This document shows, piece after piece, positions 1 to 10,870 of a DNA stretch of 64,000 nucleotides (position 1 is the first letter of the stretch; every line of letters starts with the position of its first letter). The stretch is taken from the NCBI GenBank assembly GCA_951406725.2, contig OX597814.1, positions 190,526,001 through 190,590,000 on the forward strand. The letters are read 5' to 3'. The translations under genes and the position numbers were made by a program. This DNA comes from Octopus vulgaris. Its lineage: Eukaryota. The notes beneath the pieces were generated by a model. It saw only the letters and a list, made by a program, of their open reading frames with translations, did not search any database and was not told where the DNA came from.

Positions 1-14
1 GGCAGCCAAGCCCT

Positions 15-154
15 TCATATTAATCGTTCTGTGGGAGGCAGTTTCCAAACATTACCAAGCTCAACACGAGTTCCTGACATTTCCTGTCGACTTGGACTGT
101 ATGTTCCACTTGTAGCTCTCTTTTTGCGAGTTGTGATTAAGAAATAAGTAACGG
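15..154 (-). CDS. crb: Crumbs orthologue, terminal exon: end of TM helix plus 37-aa cytoplasmic tail
   Basis: AG acceptor at 155-156 (phase 1). Translates (A)[48 protein letters not shown] at 15-17. GTYSPS..E FERM-binding motif and C-terminal ERLI are diagnostic of Crumbs. Confidence 0.96.
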
Positions 155-441
155 CTGAAAATGTAAAGAAAATAATGTAACTTAATTCAACAGACAAAAG
201 CAATAAAGTTTTGTTAAATAATCAATAATATTCAAATATTTACATAAAATATCAATAACATTTCAAATTCGATCAGTTCAAATATTAATTTCTGGCTAGT
301 AAAAGATTTGGTTAAAAAGAAAGTTGACCACTGAACTAAAGATCCACAATATTGTTGATAAAAGAAAAACAAGGTATGAAAGGAGTGAATCAAAGTAAGC
401 ATAATTATAATCTAATTGTAAGAAATTGTAAGAATGATGTG

Positions 442-484
442 AACACTTCTGATGAGAACGCAATAAGGTTCGAAAATCAAGGTT
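442..484 (+). ncRNA. Minimal type-I hammerhead-like motif
   Basis: AAC(A)CTT-CTGATGA-GAAC gcaataag GTTC-GAAA-A-TC-AAGGTT: perfect core, 4-bp stem II, bulged stem I, almost no stem III. Confidence 0.5.
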
Positions 485-687
485 ATTCATCATTTTTTAC
501 AGAGGTCCGCTTCTACTGAGCACTTACTCTGGATATATGACCTTCATACTTGCGTATCCATCCGATGGCTTGCTAAAGTTTGTAGTAATACATGGGATGT
601 ACACAAGTCAAATTTGACTTCTTTTTTTATACAATAATTTCATTATTTATAAATTTCTGAACGAGGTATAAACAGTAACTACACGAC

Positions 688-788
688 AATGTGAGGTATA
701 TTTGCCATCTCAATATGGCTAACCACTAAGGGTGGAACACCCACCATTAGTGGTTAGCCATATTGAGATGGCAAGTCTACCTCACATT
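688..788. repeat. About 48-bp-arm inverted repeat
   Basis: aatgtgaggtatatttgccatctcaatatggctaaccactaagggtgg ... ccaccattagtggttagccatattgagatggcaagtctacctcacatt. Confidence 0.9.
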
Positions 789-1199
789 TTCATTATTATT
801 ATTTTAAATCTAATTAAACATAGCATAATGGAATATTCACAATACTAAAAGCTAAAAGATTTCAAATTGCAGGCACTCCTCCAAATCAATCATCCAATAT
901 GTTTGGTTCTATAATCTGATTGAAAACCAATATGTATAAAATGTGATCTTCACGTTAAAACAGTGAAAAAGAGAAACTGCTAAATAGAGGTTCCTTATAT
1001 CTCCTGTGTAACTGAATCAAATTTTCCCACCTCACCTTCAATGTGGACCCTACAATATTCAATGTAATAAACAAAGAAGAAAATTTCTACAATTAAAAAG
1101 ACATACTTAGTAATATGAAAAAAAAGTAATTTACTAAATGACTAATTCTGGTCTAAGAAGACGAGGGGAGATATGAATAGTAAGATTGTTATGAACAGT

Positions 1200-1505
1200 A
1201 AAGTGCATGGCTTAGTGGTTAGGGGATTTGGCTCACAATCATAAGGTTATGAGTTCAGTTCCTGGTGCCGTGTTGTGTCCTTGAGCAAGACACTTTATTT
1301 CATGTTTCTCCAATTCACTCAGCTAGCAAAAATAAGTTGTACCTGTAATTCAAAAGGCCAGTCTTGTCACATTTCGTGTCATGTTTAATTTCCTTGAGAA
1401 CAACATAAATGGTACGTGTCCATGGAGTGCTCAGCCACTTTCATGTTAATTTCCTTTGATTGGTTCAACTACAACACTCACCATCATAACCAGTCAAGTG
1501 CCAGT
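1200..1505 (+). mobile_element. tRNA-derived SINE, family C (related copies about 8150, 18170-, 28817, 29960, 34965-, 43106)
   Basis: A box tggcttagtggtt, B box gagttcagttcc, central gtccttgagcaagacacttt; recurs in the window. Confidence 0.8.
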
Positions 1506-1717
1506 ATAACAGTAAAACTGATTCATTGAGGAGAACCAATTAGGCTGGAACATACCTGGATTTGTCACCGAACTGCTTAAGATCAGATTACTCACCACTG
1601 CATTTCATTTTCATCTCCCCTACCTTTTCGACTTAATTTAGTCATTCAGAAAATCACTGTTCTCATCACTACTGGTTTAATTACAATTAATACTTCTCAG
1701 TTTAACACATCGATATA

Positions 1718-1936
1718 TGAGGGGTTGCTGAAAAGTTCCTGGCTTTAAGGGTATTGCAAAAGGCCTATTTGGAGGCCCAACGTTTCCGAGTTCTTTTACA
1801 GAGCTTAGAAAAACTGAAGAACTGTTGCAATAAGTGTATGAAATCTGAGAGGGGAATATGTTGAATAGAATCATAATTAACTGATTCTCCTGTATTTTCT
1901 TTTACCCAAAGCCAGGAAATTCTCAGCACCCCATTG
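1718..1936. mobile_element. Tc1/mariner-type MITE (further copies about 20610-20820 and 25942-26149, partial about 30070)
   Basis: TIRs gaggggttgctgaaaagttcctggcttt / aaagccaggaaattctcagcacccc, TA at the left junction, three similar copies. Confidence 0.75.
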
Positions 1937-3544
1937 TACTAGCACCCATTTAACTATATAGTTTCACAAGGAAGATATCTTTGGGCATTTTTTGCCAGCT
2001 TCTTTTATAGTAAGTTATGTGTTGATAATTTGGGATTACTATCTCTTCAAGGTTTCACAAAATTTATCAAATTTACATCAAAGGAGAAACAGTATGATTT
2101 AAGGCAAAGTGCTGCTGTGGTTGAGTCAAGAAACAATGGGATTTTGTGGTGAAAATATGTCAAAATGTAACCCATATTCTTCAGGAAAGCAACCATTCTA
2201 ATTAGTATCGCAGTTGCTGTGTTAGATATACCTACCACTTACTCCTGGTGTACCCATAACCAAGATACTACATTCTCACTGGCTTGATTTACCTAGCTAC
2301 AAGTAAGCACAATGATTGTATGATTAACAAGTATTTTGTTAGATTGCAGTGTTAGGTTCCTGAAACAAGAAAATAAACCCAGTAAAAGAGCCAGACTCAA
2401 GACCTAAGTTTGATTCTTTCATTGGATTCAGTCTTGAAATCTGATTCATGCTGATTGGTTAAGTGGTAGTGTAGTGGCATGAAAAAACACAAAGCATCCA
2501 CTACACTCCGTAAAATGAATTAGGAAAGGCACCCAGCTGTAGAAAAAAATGCCAATGATGGAATTGGAGCTCAACACAGCCCTGTAGATCACTAGTTCCC
2601 TGTTAAATCCTAACCATGCCAGCATGGAAAGCAGACTTTAAATGATGATGATGATGAGAGAGAGAAAGGACCCTGTGTAAGTATGTTATATATATAATGA
2701 GATTAAATTAATATACAAAATTAAGTAATATTGTAAGTTTTAATAAAAATACTTAGAAACCGATTAATTCTAGAAATAATTGTTAGTTACAAGATTTTTA
2801 TAGTTTAGTGTGATTTGAGTGGTTAGGTGAAGTGAATATCTTAAAATACATCTGGTCACCACTGTTTTATGACACTATTATTTAGCTTTGAAGAAACCTG
2901 TTTCTGTCTATCATACTTTAGCCTTTTAACACCAAGCATAAAGCCAGCTCCCTTCTCTACTATACCCCCACTAACTTGAGGGGGTTTTTTAGTCCTGCAA
3001 GTTATATGGCAACCTCATTTGTGATGGTGCCATGAAAAAAGTATTCAGTATACTTTAAAAAGTGGTTGCTGTTAGAAAGGGTATCCAGCCACAGAAGCCA
3101 TGCCAAAACAGACATTGGAGCACAATGCAGCCCACAGACCAACCAGATCATGTCAAACAATCTAACCCAAACCAGTACAGAAGATGGTCAGTAAATGATG
3201 GTAATGATTATGACAAATGGTCGGTTCAGAGAGATTGTGAAGTGTAAGTTATACTGTATGTAATTAATCTGATTTTGACATTTATATATTCAGAAATCTG
3301 AAACCTGAGAATAACTGCTGGAGTTTGATATTAAATGGGTTTTTCACAGTCAAAACTAAACAGAAACGTGTATACAGAAGTAATGGGAAATTTTAAATTC
3401 ATAACCTATGTAGCCGGGAGAAAAAAAAAATAATATATATATTTCGTCTTTGGATTTGGTTTGCAAGATTCTTTATGTGAGTTCGTGTGTTGAAGCATAT
3501 TCTGTTGTGTCTGGGGAGAGTCATTTTCTTTTTGTGCCTTATAA

Positions 3545-4375
3545 TTTAACACAATCACTTCTCTCATCATTGCTCTCTCAGTCCTTCTCAAAATTACCAT
3601 CTCTCTCTCCTTCAGAAACCATGTCTCACTCCCATACATCATTACAGCTCTCTACACAATTCTTACAGACCCTTCCTTTCATCTTTAATGAGAACCTTTT
3701 CCCATATAACAATGCTCCACATTCCCTGAACTTCACCCAGACAAGTCTCGCTCTTGCTGTCACAGCTGCTTCATATCCACCACTTACATCCACACTATCT
3801 CCCAAATAACAAAACCCTCTCACCATCTCCACCTCGTTCCATAGTATTTCCACTGATTCTGCCAGCCCTCCAGCTCCTTTCTCACATCTTCCACAAACAA
3901 ACTCTCTTGCCAGTCTTGGGGTCACCTTCTTCATTTTTGTACATCTATCATGAACCCAATTCTCATATCGTACACAACACCACATTTGCCATTACCCTCC
4001 TCCCATATACACCACATGGATCCACCTTACTCACTAACACTTCTTCCACCCTGCTCACCATCACCTTTGTCTTCCCAAGGTTTACCTCCAAACCCTAGCT
4101 TTCAAATGCCTCCTTCCATTTCCAAAACTTCTCCCTCAATCCCTCCATCGTCTCACTTATCAGAATAAGCTCATCTGCATACAGTATCTCCATTATCAAT
4201 CTCTCTCTTGCACTCTCCATCACCACCTCAACCACTATTGCAAACAACAACAGTGACAACACACATCCCTGATGCACACCAACTTTCATATTGCAAACTC
4301 CTCCTCATACAAACTCACCACTGCCCTCACTATTACCTCTAGTACACCTCTCTTCCTCAATGCCCATTCAATCCA
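3545..4375 (-). mobile_element. Decayed RTE-clade LINE RT fragment
   Basis: ORF pieces VGVHQGCVLSLLLF...ILYADE, FCYLGD, MMYGSETW across frameshifts. Confidence 0.88.
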
Positions 4376-4396
4376 CCCTATCTCCCATTTCTGTAC

Positions 4397-4437
<41 letters not shown>

Positions 4438-4493
4438 AGATCGCTAGCCACTACACATTCTTTATTTTCGCTCCTTGTTTCTTTCTGTGTTCC

Positions 4494-4527
4494 TTTCTGT
4501 GGAAGAGCGTAGGCTCGAAACGTTAAA
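4494..4527 (+). ncRNA. Degenerate minimal hammerhead-like motif in a Penelope-like remnant (about 4437-4615)
   Basis: TTT-CTGTGGA-A-GAGC gtag GCTC-GAAA-CG-TT-AAA; core carries A6U; remnant flanked by (TA)n. Confidence 0.5.
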
Positions 4528-4984
4528 TACTTTTTCACTTCCTGAGCGTTATACTAATACATCTGTTTGTTGTCTACACCACCTGTTTTCGTCTTTGATT
4601 TTTAGTGAATTCTCCATATATATATATATATAAGGGTTGGCATCAGGAAGGGCATCCAGCTGTAAAAGCCGTGCCAGATCCTGTCAAGCCATCCGGCCCA
4701 TGCCAGCATGGAGAAGTGATTTTAAATGATGATGATGATGTGTATATATATATATATATATGTATACATCAGCAGAAATTAGAGTAGCTTAAGGACTGAG
4801 ATAAGTGCCAATTTATGAAATTCTCAAAACATATATATGGCTGTGTGGTAAGAACCTTGCTTCCCAACCACATAATTCCGGGTTCAGTCCGGCTACGTGG
4901 CACCTTGGGTAAGTGTTTATTGCTATAGCCTCAGGCTGACCAAAACCTTGTTAGTGGATTTGGTAGACGGAAACTGAAAGAAGC

Positions 4985-5020
<36 letters not shown>

Positions 5021-5133
5021 TGAGAAAGTTGGTGGGTGAAAGCACGTGGTTGGATGTATAAAAAATAGAAAGGAGTGAAAAAACATTATAAAACAAGCTT
5101 TCTGTAGTTTTTTCACTCTTTTCTATTTTTATT

Positions 5134-5177
<44 letters not shown>

Positions 5178-5179
<2 letters not shown>

Positions 5180-5570
5180 TCTTTTACTTGTTTCAGTCAT
5201 TTGACTGCAGCCATGCTGAAGCACCGCCTTTAGTCGAGCAAATCAACCCTGGGACTTATACTTTGTAAGTCTAGTACATATTCTATCGGTCTCTTTTGCC
5301 AGACTGCTAAATTACGGGGACATAAACACACCAGCATTGGTTGTCAAGCAATGCTAGGGCGACAAACACAGACACAAAAACATACATGCACACACATATA
5401 TATATACAACGAACTTCTTTCAGTTTCCGTCTACCAAATCCATTCGCAAGGCGTGGGTCGGCCCGAGGCTATAGTAGAAGACACTTGCCCAAGATGCCAC
5501 GTAGTGGGACTGAACCCGGAACCATGTAGTTGGTAAGCAAGCTACTTACCACACAGCCACTCCTGTGCAT
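5178..5570 (-). mobile_element. Major tRNA-derived SINE, family A, full length (20+ full or partial copies, e.g. 6125-, 11672+, 22077+, 24688-, 29117+, 39718-, 45468+)
   Basis: Head ggagtggctgtgtggtaag...gggttcagtccc, internal (TA/CA)n, tail ggcggtgctccagcatggccgcagtcaaatgactgaaacaagtaaaaga. Confidence 0.9.
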
Positions 5571-7659
5571 ATATATGTGTGTGTGTGTGTGTTTTTACAT
5601 CCCTGTAACTTAGCAGTTCAGTGAAAGAGGCCGATAGAATAAGCACCAGGCTTACAAAGAATAAGTGCAGGGGTAGATTTCTTTGACTAAAAGGCAGTGC
5701 TACAGCATGGCCACAGCCACATGACTGAAACAAGTGAAAGAATATATGTGTAGTGAGTGATATTTTAGGCCAAATAACAGTGAGAAAAAACTAGTAGTGA
5801 ACTGTGAACAGAAGTTCAGTGCTGTAACAGTGCATGTGACCCCAGTTTTAATAAGAAACTGCAGTGATAGATGAGGGAATAAAAGAATTCTGTTATTTAA
5901 GCAATGAAATTAGTGCCGAGAGTTCCAAGAGGAGTAGAAAATACCGTTTTAGGATTGGAAGAAGTGGTTTAGATGTGAAAATTTTAGAAAACAAACCTAC
6001 CTGCTGTAGAGCATCAGAAGTAAAAGTGAACAGAAAAGAAAGAGGAAGAAATGTGTTAAAACAAATTTGTAACATAATGAATATGGCAACATCAAATATA
6101 TGAAAGGAAAAAAAAACGTTATGCTCTTTTACTGGTTTCAGTCATTTGACTGTGGCCATGCTGTGGCACCGCCTTTAGTCGAGCAAGTTGACCCCCAGGA
6201 CTTATTCTTTGTAAGCCTAGTACTTATTCTATTGGTGTCTTTTGCTGAACTGCTAGGTTACAGGGATGTAAACACACCAGCATCGGTTGTCAAGCAATGT
6301 TGGAGGGACAAACACAGACACAAACTTATACACATACATATATATACATATATATGTCAGGCTTCTTTCAGTTTCTGTCTACCAAATCCACTCACAAGGC
6401 TTTGGTCGGCCCGAGGCTATAGTAAAAGACACTTGCCCAAGGTGCCACACAGTGAGACTGAACCTGGAACCATGCGGTTCGTAAGCAAGCTACTTAACAC
6501 ACAACCACTCCTACGCCTATATGTAAAAAATTATAAAAATTTTTTCACAATGTTTCCCATAGCAAAAGAAAAAAGAGAAATATAAAAATCTTTGGTGACA
6601 TTAATTACTTAGAGAATGGCTGTGTGGCATGAAGCTTGCTACCCAACCACATGGTTCTGGGTTCAGTCTCACAGCATGGTACCCTGGACACCATTTCTTG
6701 TATTATAGCCCTGTGCCAACTAAAGCCTTGTGAGTGAATTTAGTAGGTGGAAACTAAAAGAAGTTCACTGTGTGTGTGTGTTACTGTATCCTTGCATTAA
6801 CAACACATGATAGTTGTAAAGGAGTGTCACCATCATACAAGCAGTGTCTATCATTCCCTGGGCATGGATACATTGAAACTTTCCCTACTATTTTCCACTC
6901 ATTTATCTCCCCTGCGCCTTCCCTGATTTTTCCTAATCTTCCAATCCTGCTGTCCCCCTACCCATCTTTCCTCCTTCCACATGACCAGTGTCCAGTCAAC
7001 CATGATTTTTCTTTCTTCGCCTAACTGCCGACCGTCAACATGTCTTGTGTCCATCTCCCATGTTCCAGCCTTTAGGCTTTTACTTCATACACGCCAGCTC
7101 AAATTGAATCATTCTCAGTCAAAAGACGCCTGTTATTTCTTGTTGTTTGTATTCGTAATTGTGTACCATGTTCTCCCTTTTTTTTTGTTTGTTTTCATCT
7201 TTGTTGCCATACACATTTGCTAGCTTTCTTACAAAGGGGTCTAATGCTCTCAGCTTAGACTTTTTTGGGGACAACCAGATCAAACCATCTCAAGTGTAAC
7301 TGTCCAAAATGGTCGGGAATTCTGGTATTTGACTGATGAAAGAAAGCCAAGAATGACCCATCTTTTTTGCCTGTCCTTCTAATTGTTGTTTCCCTTGTTT
7401 GCTTTTGTGTTGTCTATCTGTACGAACGTTTTAATGTCCTCTATTGCATTTTCGTTCCATTTTTATATATCTATATATACACGTAAATGTCAAATGATGA
7501 AAACAAGTGCTAACACCGCATTAGTGGATATAATTTCTTTATTTGTGAATTAAGGCTACCATTGGTTTCAAGTTCAGAAAAGTAGGAAAATATTGTTAAG
7601 ACAATAGAATATTTTCCTACTTTTCTTAAATGGAAGCCTTAATTCACATATATATATGT

Positions 7660-7925
7660 GGAGGTGCAATGGCCCAGCGGACTCGCAGTTGTAGGATCGC
7701 GGTTTTGATTCCCAGACCAGGCGTTGTGTGTGTTTATTGAGCAAAAACACCTAAAAGCTCCACGAAGCTCCAGCAGGGGATGGTGAGCCCTGCTGTACTC
7801 TTTCACCACTCTTTCTCTCTTTCTTCTGTTGGCCAACTCGCTTAGCTAGTGGGATGGTGTCGTTCGAAGGCTAAAACAATGTGAACGCATTGTGACTAGC
7901 GATGTGTGGCAACATCTGATGGTCT
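7660..7925 (+). mobile_element. tRNA-derived SINE, family D (also 31440-31745- and 49305-49610-)
   Basis: ggaggtgcaatggcccag...ggttttgattcccagacc head shared by three copies. Confidence 0.75.
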
Positions 7926-8479
7926 GTTATATATATAACACACCCAGACAGAAGATAAACTGTTTTTACTTCAAATTTTTATAAATTTTTACTGATATTT
8001 GATAAGATCTGATACATTGAAACTAATAATATTTTCTTTATATAATTTTAAAAATCATTTTTATTAAATTCCCTCTTAAAATGAAATGCCTTAGATTTAC
8101 TTCTGTGCTATTGTGTGTATCACTTATGTGTGTATGTGTGTGTGAGTGAAGGCATGTGGTCCAGTGATTAGAGTGTTGCACTCATGATCTAGCAATCGTG
8201 GGTTCAATTCCTGGACCGAGTGACACATTGTGTTCATGAATAAAACATTTTCATGTTGCTGTAGTCCACTCAGCCTTACAATCAGAGCAAATGTTGGCCT
8301 GCTCACCTTGCCAGCAAGGTGGCATCATTCAAAAGCTAAAACAATGCAAAGCACATCGTGTAAAAGCATCTGCTAGTCTGGTTGGTCCCGTGATATATAT
8401 GAGCATATTTGCATGTAATAGAAAGATAAACAGACAGTTTGTAATGGATATTGTAGTAAAAAATGTTTTATGTACTTAC

Positions 8480-8555
8480 CAATGATAGCTACTAATACAA
8501 GAAGGACAACACCAATAATGATGTATATATAATACTCTGTTTCTGAACTATTCAC
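8480..8555 (-). CDS. crb: Crumbs exon: juxtamembrane plus most of TM helix
   Basis: ttattcag|GTG...ATT G|gtaagt; 76 nt, phase 0 to 1; VNSSETEYYIYIIIGVVLLVLVAII; phases match both neighbours. Confidence 0.93.
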
Positions 8556-9244
8556 CTGAATAAAAAAGTAACAAAAGAGTCAAAACTATTGAAGAGGTTG
8601 CAAGACGCAACGAAAATTTTAGGACAATAAAAATAAGAAAAACGTGGAAATTTTACCAGTGAGTGTGTTACATAATAAGGCACACAAAGAAAATGACTCT
8701 CCCCAGACACAATAGAATATGCTTCAACACACGAACTCATATAAAGAATCTTGCAAACCAAATCCAAAAACAAAATATTAATCATATCTATTTCTGTTAT
8801 CATAATGTTCATCATTATTGTATAACGATAGCAAATATACATGTATAATACAAAACCACATTAAAATACAAATCCAAAACCGATGAAAGCAGAAACAGGA
8901 ACAAAGAAAAAGAGAAAGAAAGAAAAATACATCAATTCAATGCTAAGTGCTTCAACTGGTCGTCACACACCACAAGGTTCAATGGAACTTACTGAAGCAA
9001 GATAACATTCAATGGAGAAGCTAAGGCATAGGAACAAACCTCACAGGCATCACCTGACACCTGGTAAGGTGAGAAACAATGGTACTTCAAAATTCTGTAA
9101 GGACAGTTCAATGTAGCTTAGATGCATTCATCTTAAATAATCATGGGGAGCTAAATGTTAAAACAGTTACCATTATTGAACTCACATACTTAATGTGTCT
9201 TGTTTAATTGCTTTTTGACTGCAGTAAATCCTTAAAATCCTTAA

Positions 9245-9555
9245 AAATGTTTCAACACGAAAGCTGCGGCCATGCTGGGGCACCACCGTTGAATAAGCTA
9301 CACTAGTATGTGAAACCACATCTGATACGTGGCACTTGATCAACAAGGGAGTTCGACGCCGCTGCCCGCATCTGTGTTTCCTGCTGAGAGGTAGGTTAAT
9401 CTGGAACCCCTGACAAGAAGAGATCCAGTTTAAGTTTAAAGAAACCGACATCCACACCATGCAGGTCTCTCGGGCATTTAGGAGGAATACTGAAGAGCTG
9501 TGGTCCTCTGAAACCCAAGCTGTTGCAGTATCTGGTCCTGTATTTTGATGGTGAT
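9245..9555 (-). mobile_element. CR1-group LINE 3' end (ORF2 C-terminus plus 3' UTR)
   Basis: Manual translation SLGFRGPQLFSIPPKCPRDLHGVDVGFFKLKLDLFLSGVPD*P...RAAASNSLVDQV, then ggtggtgccccagcatggccgcagc...tgaaac. Confidence 0.75.
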
Positions 9556-10637
9556 GTATTTCATCTTGGGAAAGTCCCTTTAACATGTGAACTTCCACAT
9601 ATACTGGTGTTGTTTTATCATAAACATCCACAACTGCTGCATGCACCAGTAGTGGTATATTTTCATAATTTGAGAAAATATTTTATTTTGTATCTTTAAC
9701 ATGATTTTGAGGATATTTAAATAACATCATCATCATCATTTAACATCCGCTTTCCATGCTCGCATGGGTTGGATGGTTCAACTGGGGTCTGGGAAGCCAG
9801 GAGGCTGCACCAGGCCCAGTCTGATCTAGCAGTGTTTCTACAACTGGATGCCCTTCCTAACGCCAAGCCCTCCGTGAGTGTAGTGGGTGCTTTTTACGTG
9901 CCACCCGCACGATGCCAGGTGAGACTAGCAATGGCCACGACCGGTTGGTGCTTTTTACGTGCCACCGGCTCGGAGGCCAGTCGAGGCGGCGCTGGCAACA
10001 GCCACATTCGGATGGTTATTTTATGTGCCACCGTATCACAACTACAATTTCTACTGATTTTGAGCGATTTCGATTTCATCAGTGTTAAATATTAAAGTTT
10101 AATTACAAAACATTGTAAAAATGCAAAAAAGTTAAATTTCCTTATAATTAAACAGTATGCAGTTTAACTGAAAAGAATATGGCATCACTGGCAAGTTCCA
10201 GTAATAAGCTGTAGCAATTAACCTGTTAAGATATCAAAAGTTAAAAAACACAGTGTAACTCAAAACCAGGCAAAATAAATTGTTTCGTAGGTGAATGAGA
10301 ATGATGGATGTAGGTACTTCACTGTTATTTCAGCTCATTGACACGAGTATACCCAAGTCACTCTTGAAATAAGTACACTGGTTTAAGGTATGCAAATAGT
10401 ATAAAATCTATCTACTGATATGTGACAGTGCTACACAAGTAAAACAAAATTAAATCTTGAGTTAGAAGCAGCTCTAATAATGAAAATATTACTGACAGTC
10501 ACATACTTAATGTGTGTTATTTAAATGCTTTTCAGCTGCAGGAATTCATCCTGGGAAAGTCCCTTTTAAGACATCAAGTGTTGTTGCAAAACCAGGTGAA
10601 CCAAATCACTCTGTTGGTGACAAAGAATGACCAAGGA

Positions 10638-10870
10638 AGGTAGCAAGCTGGCAGAAACATTAGCATGCCAAGTGAAATGCTTAGCAGTATTTCATCTGCC
10701 ATTATGTTCTGAGTTCAAATTCCGCTGAGGTTGACTTTGCCTTTCATTCCTTCAGGGTCAATAATTTAAGTACCAGTTACACACTGGGGTCAATGTAATC
10801 GACTTAATCCCTTTGTCTGTCCTTGTTTTTCCCCTCTGTGTGTAGCCCCTTGTGGGCAGTAAAGAAATAA
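10638..10870 (+). mobile_element. SINE family B with Meta-like central domain (also 12722-13140, 32306-32531, 42890-43092-, about 21050-21197-)
   Basis: gagttcaaattcc B box; gactttgcctttcatcctttcggggtcgat..aagtacc resembles the MetaSINE core (from memory). Confidence 0.75.

Noticed and set aside
5341-6585. Recurrent ORFs with RGYSRRHLPKVP or YQIHSQGFG
   Set aside because: Translations of family A SINE copies, not genes.
7325-7370. CTGATGA motif in a Penelope-like remnant
   Set aside because: No closing stem II plus GAAA or stem I partner could be found.
9182-9646. 154-aa ORF on the gene strand
   Set aside because: Off-frame reading of a CR1-group LINE fragment; no fit to the crumbs splice chain.
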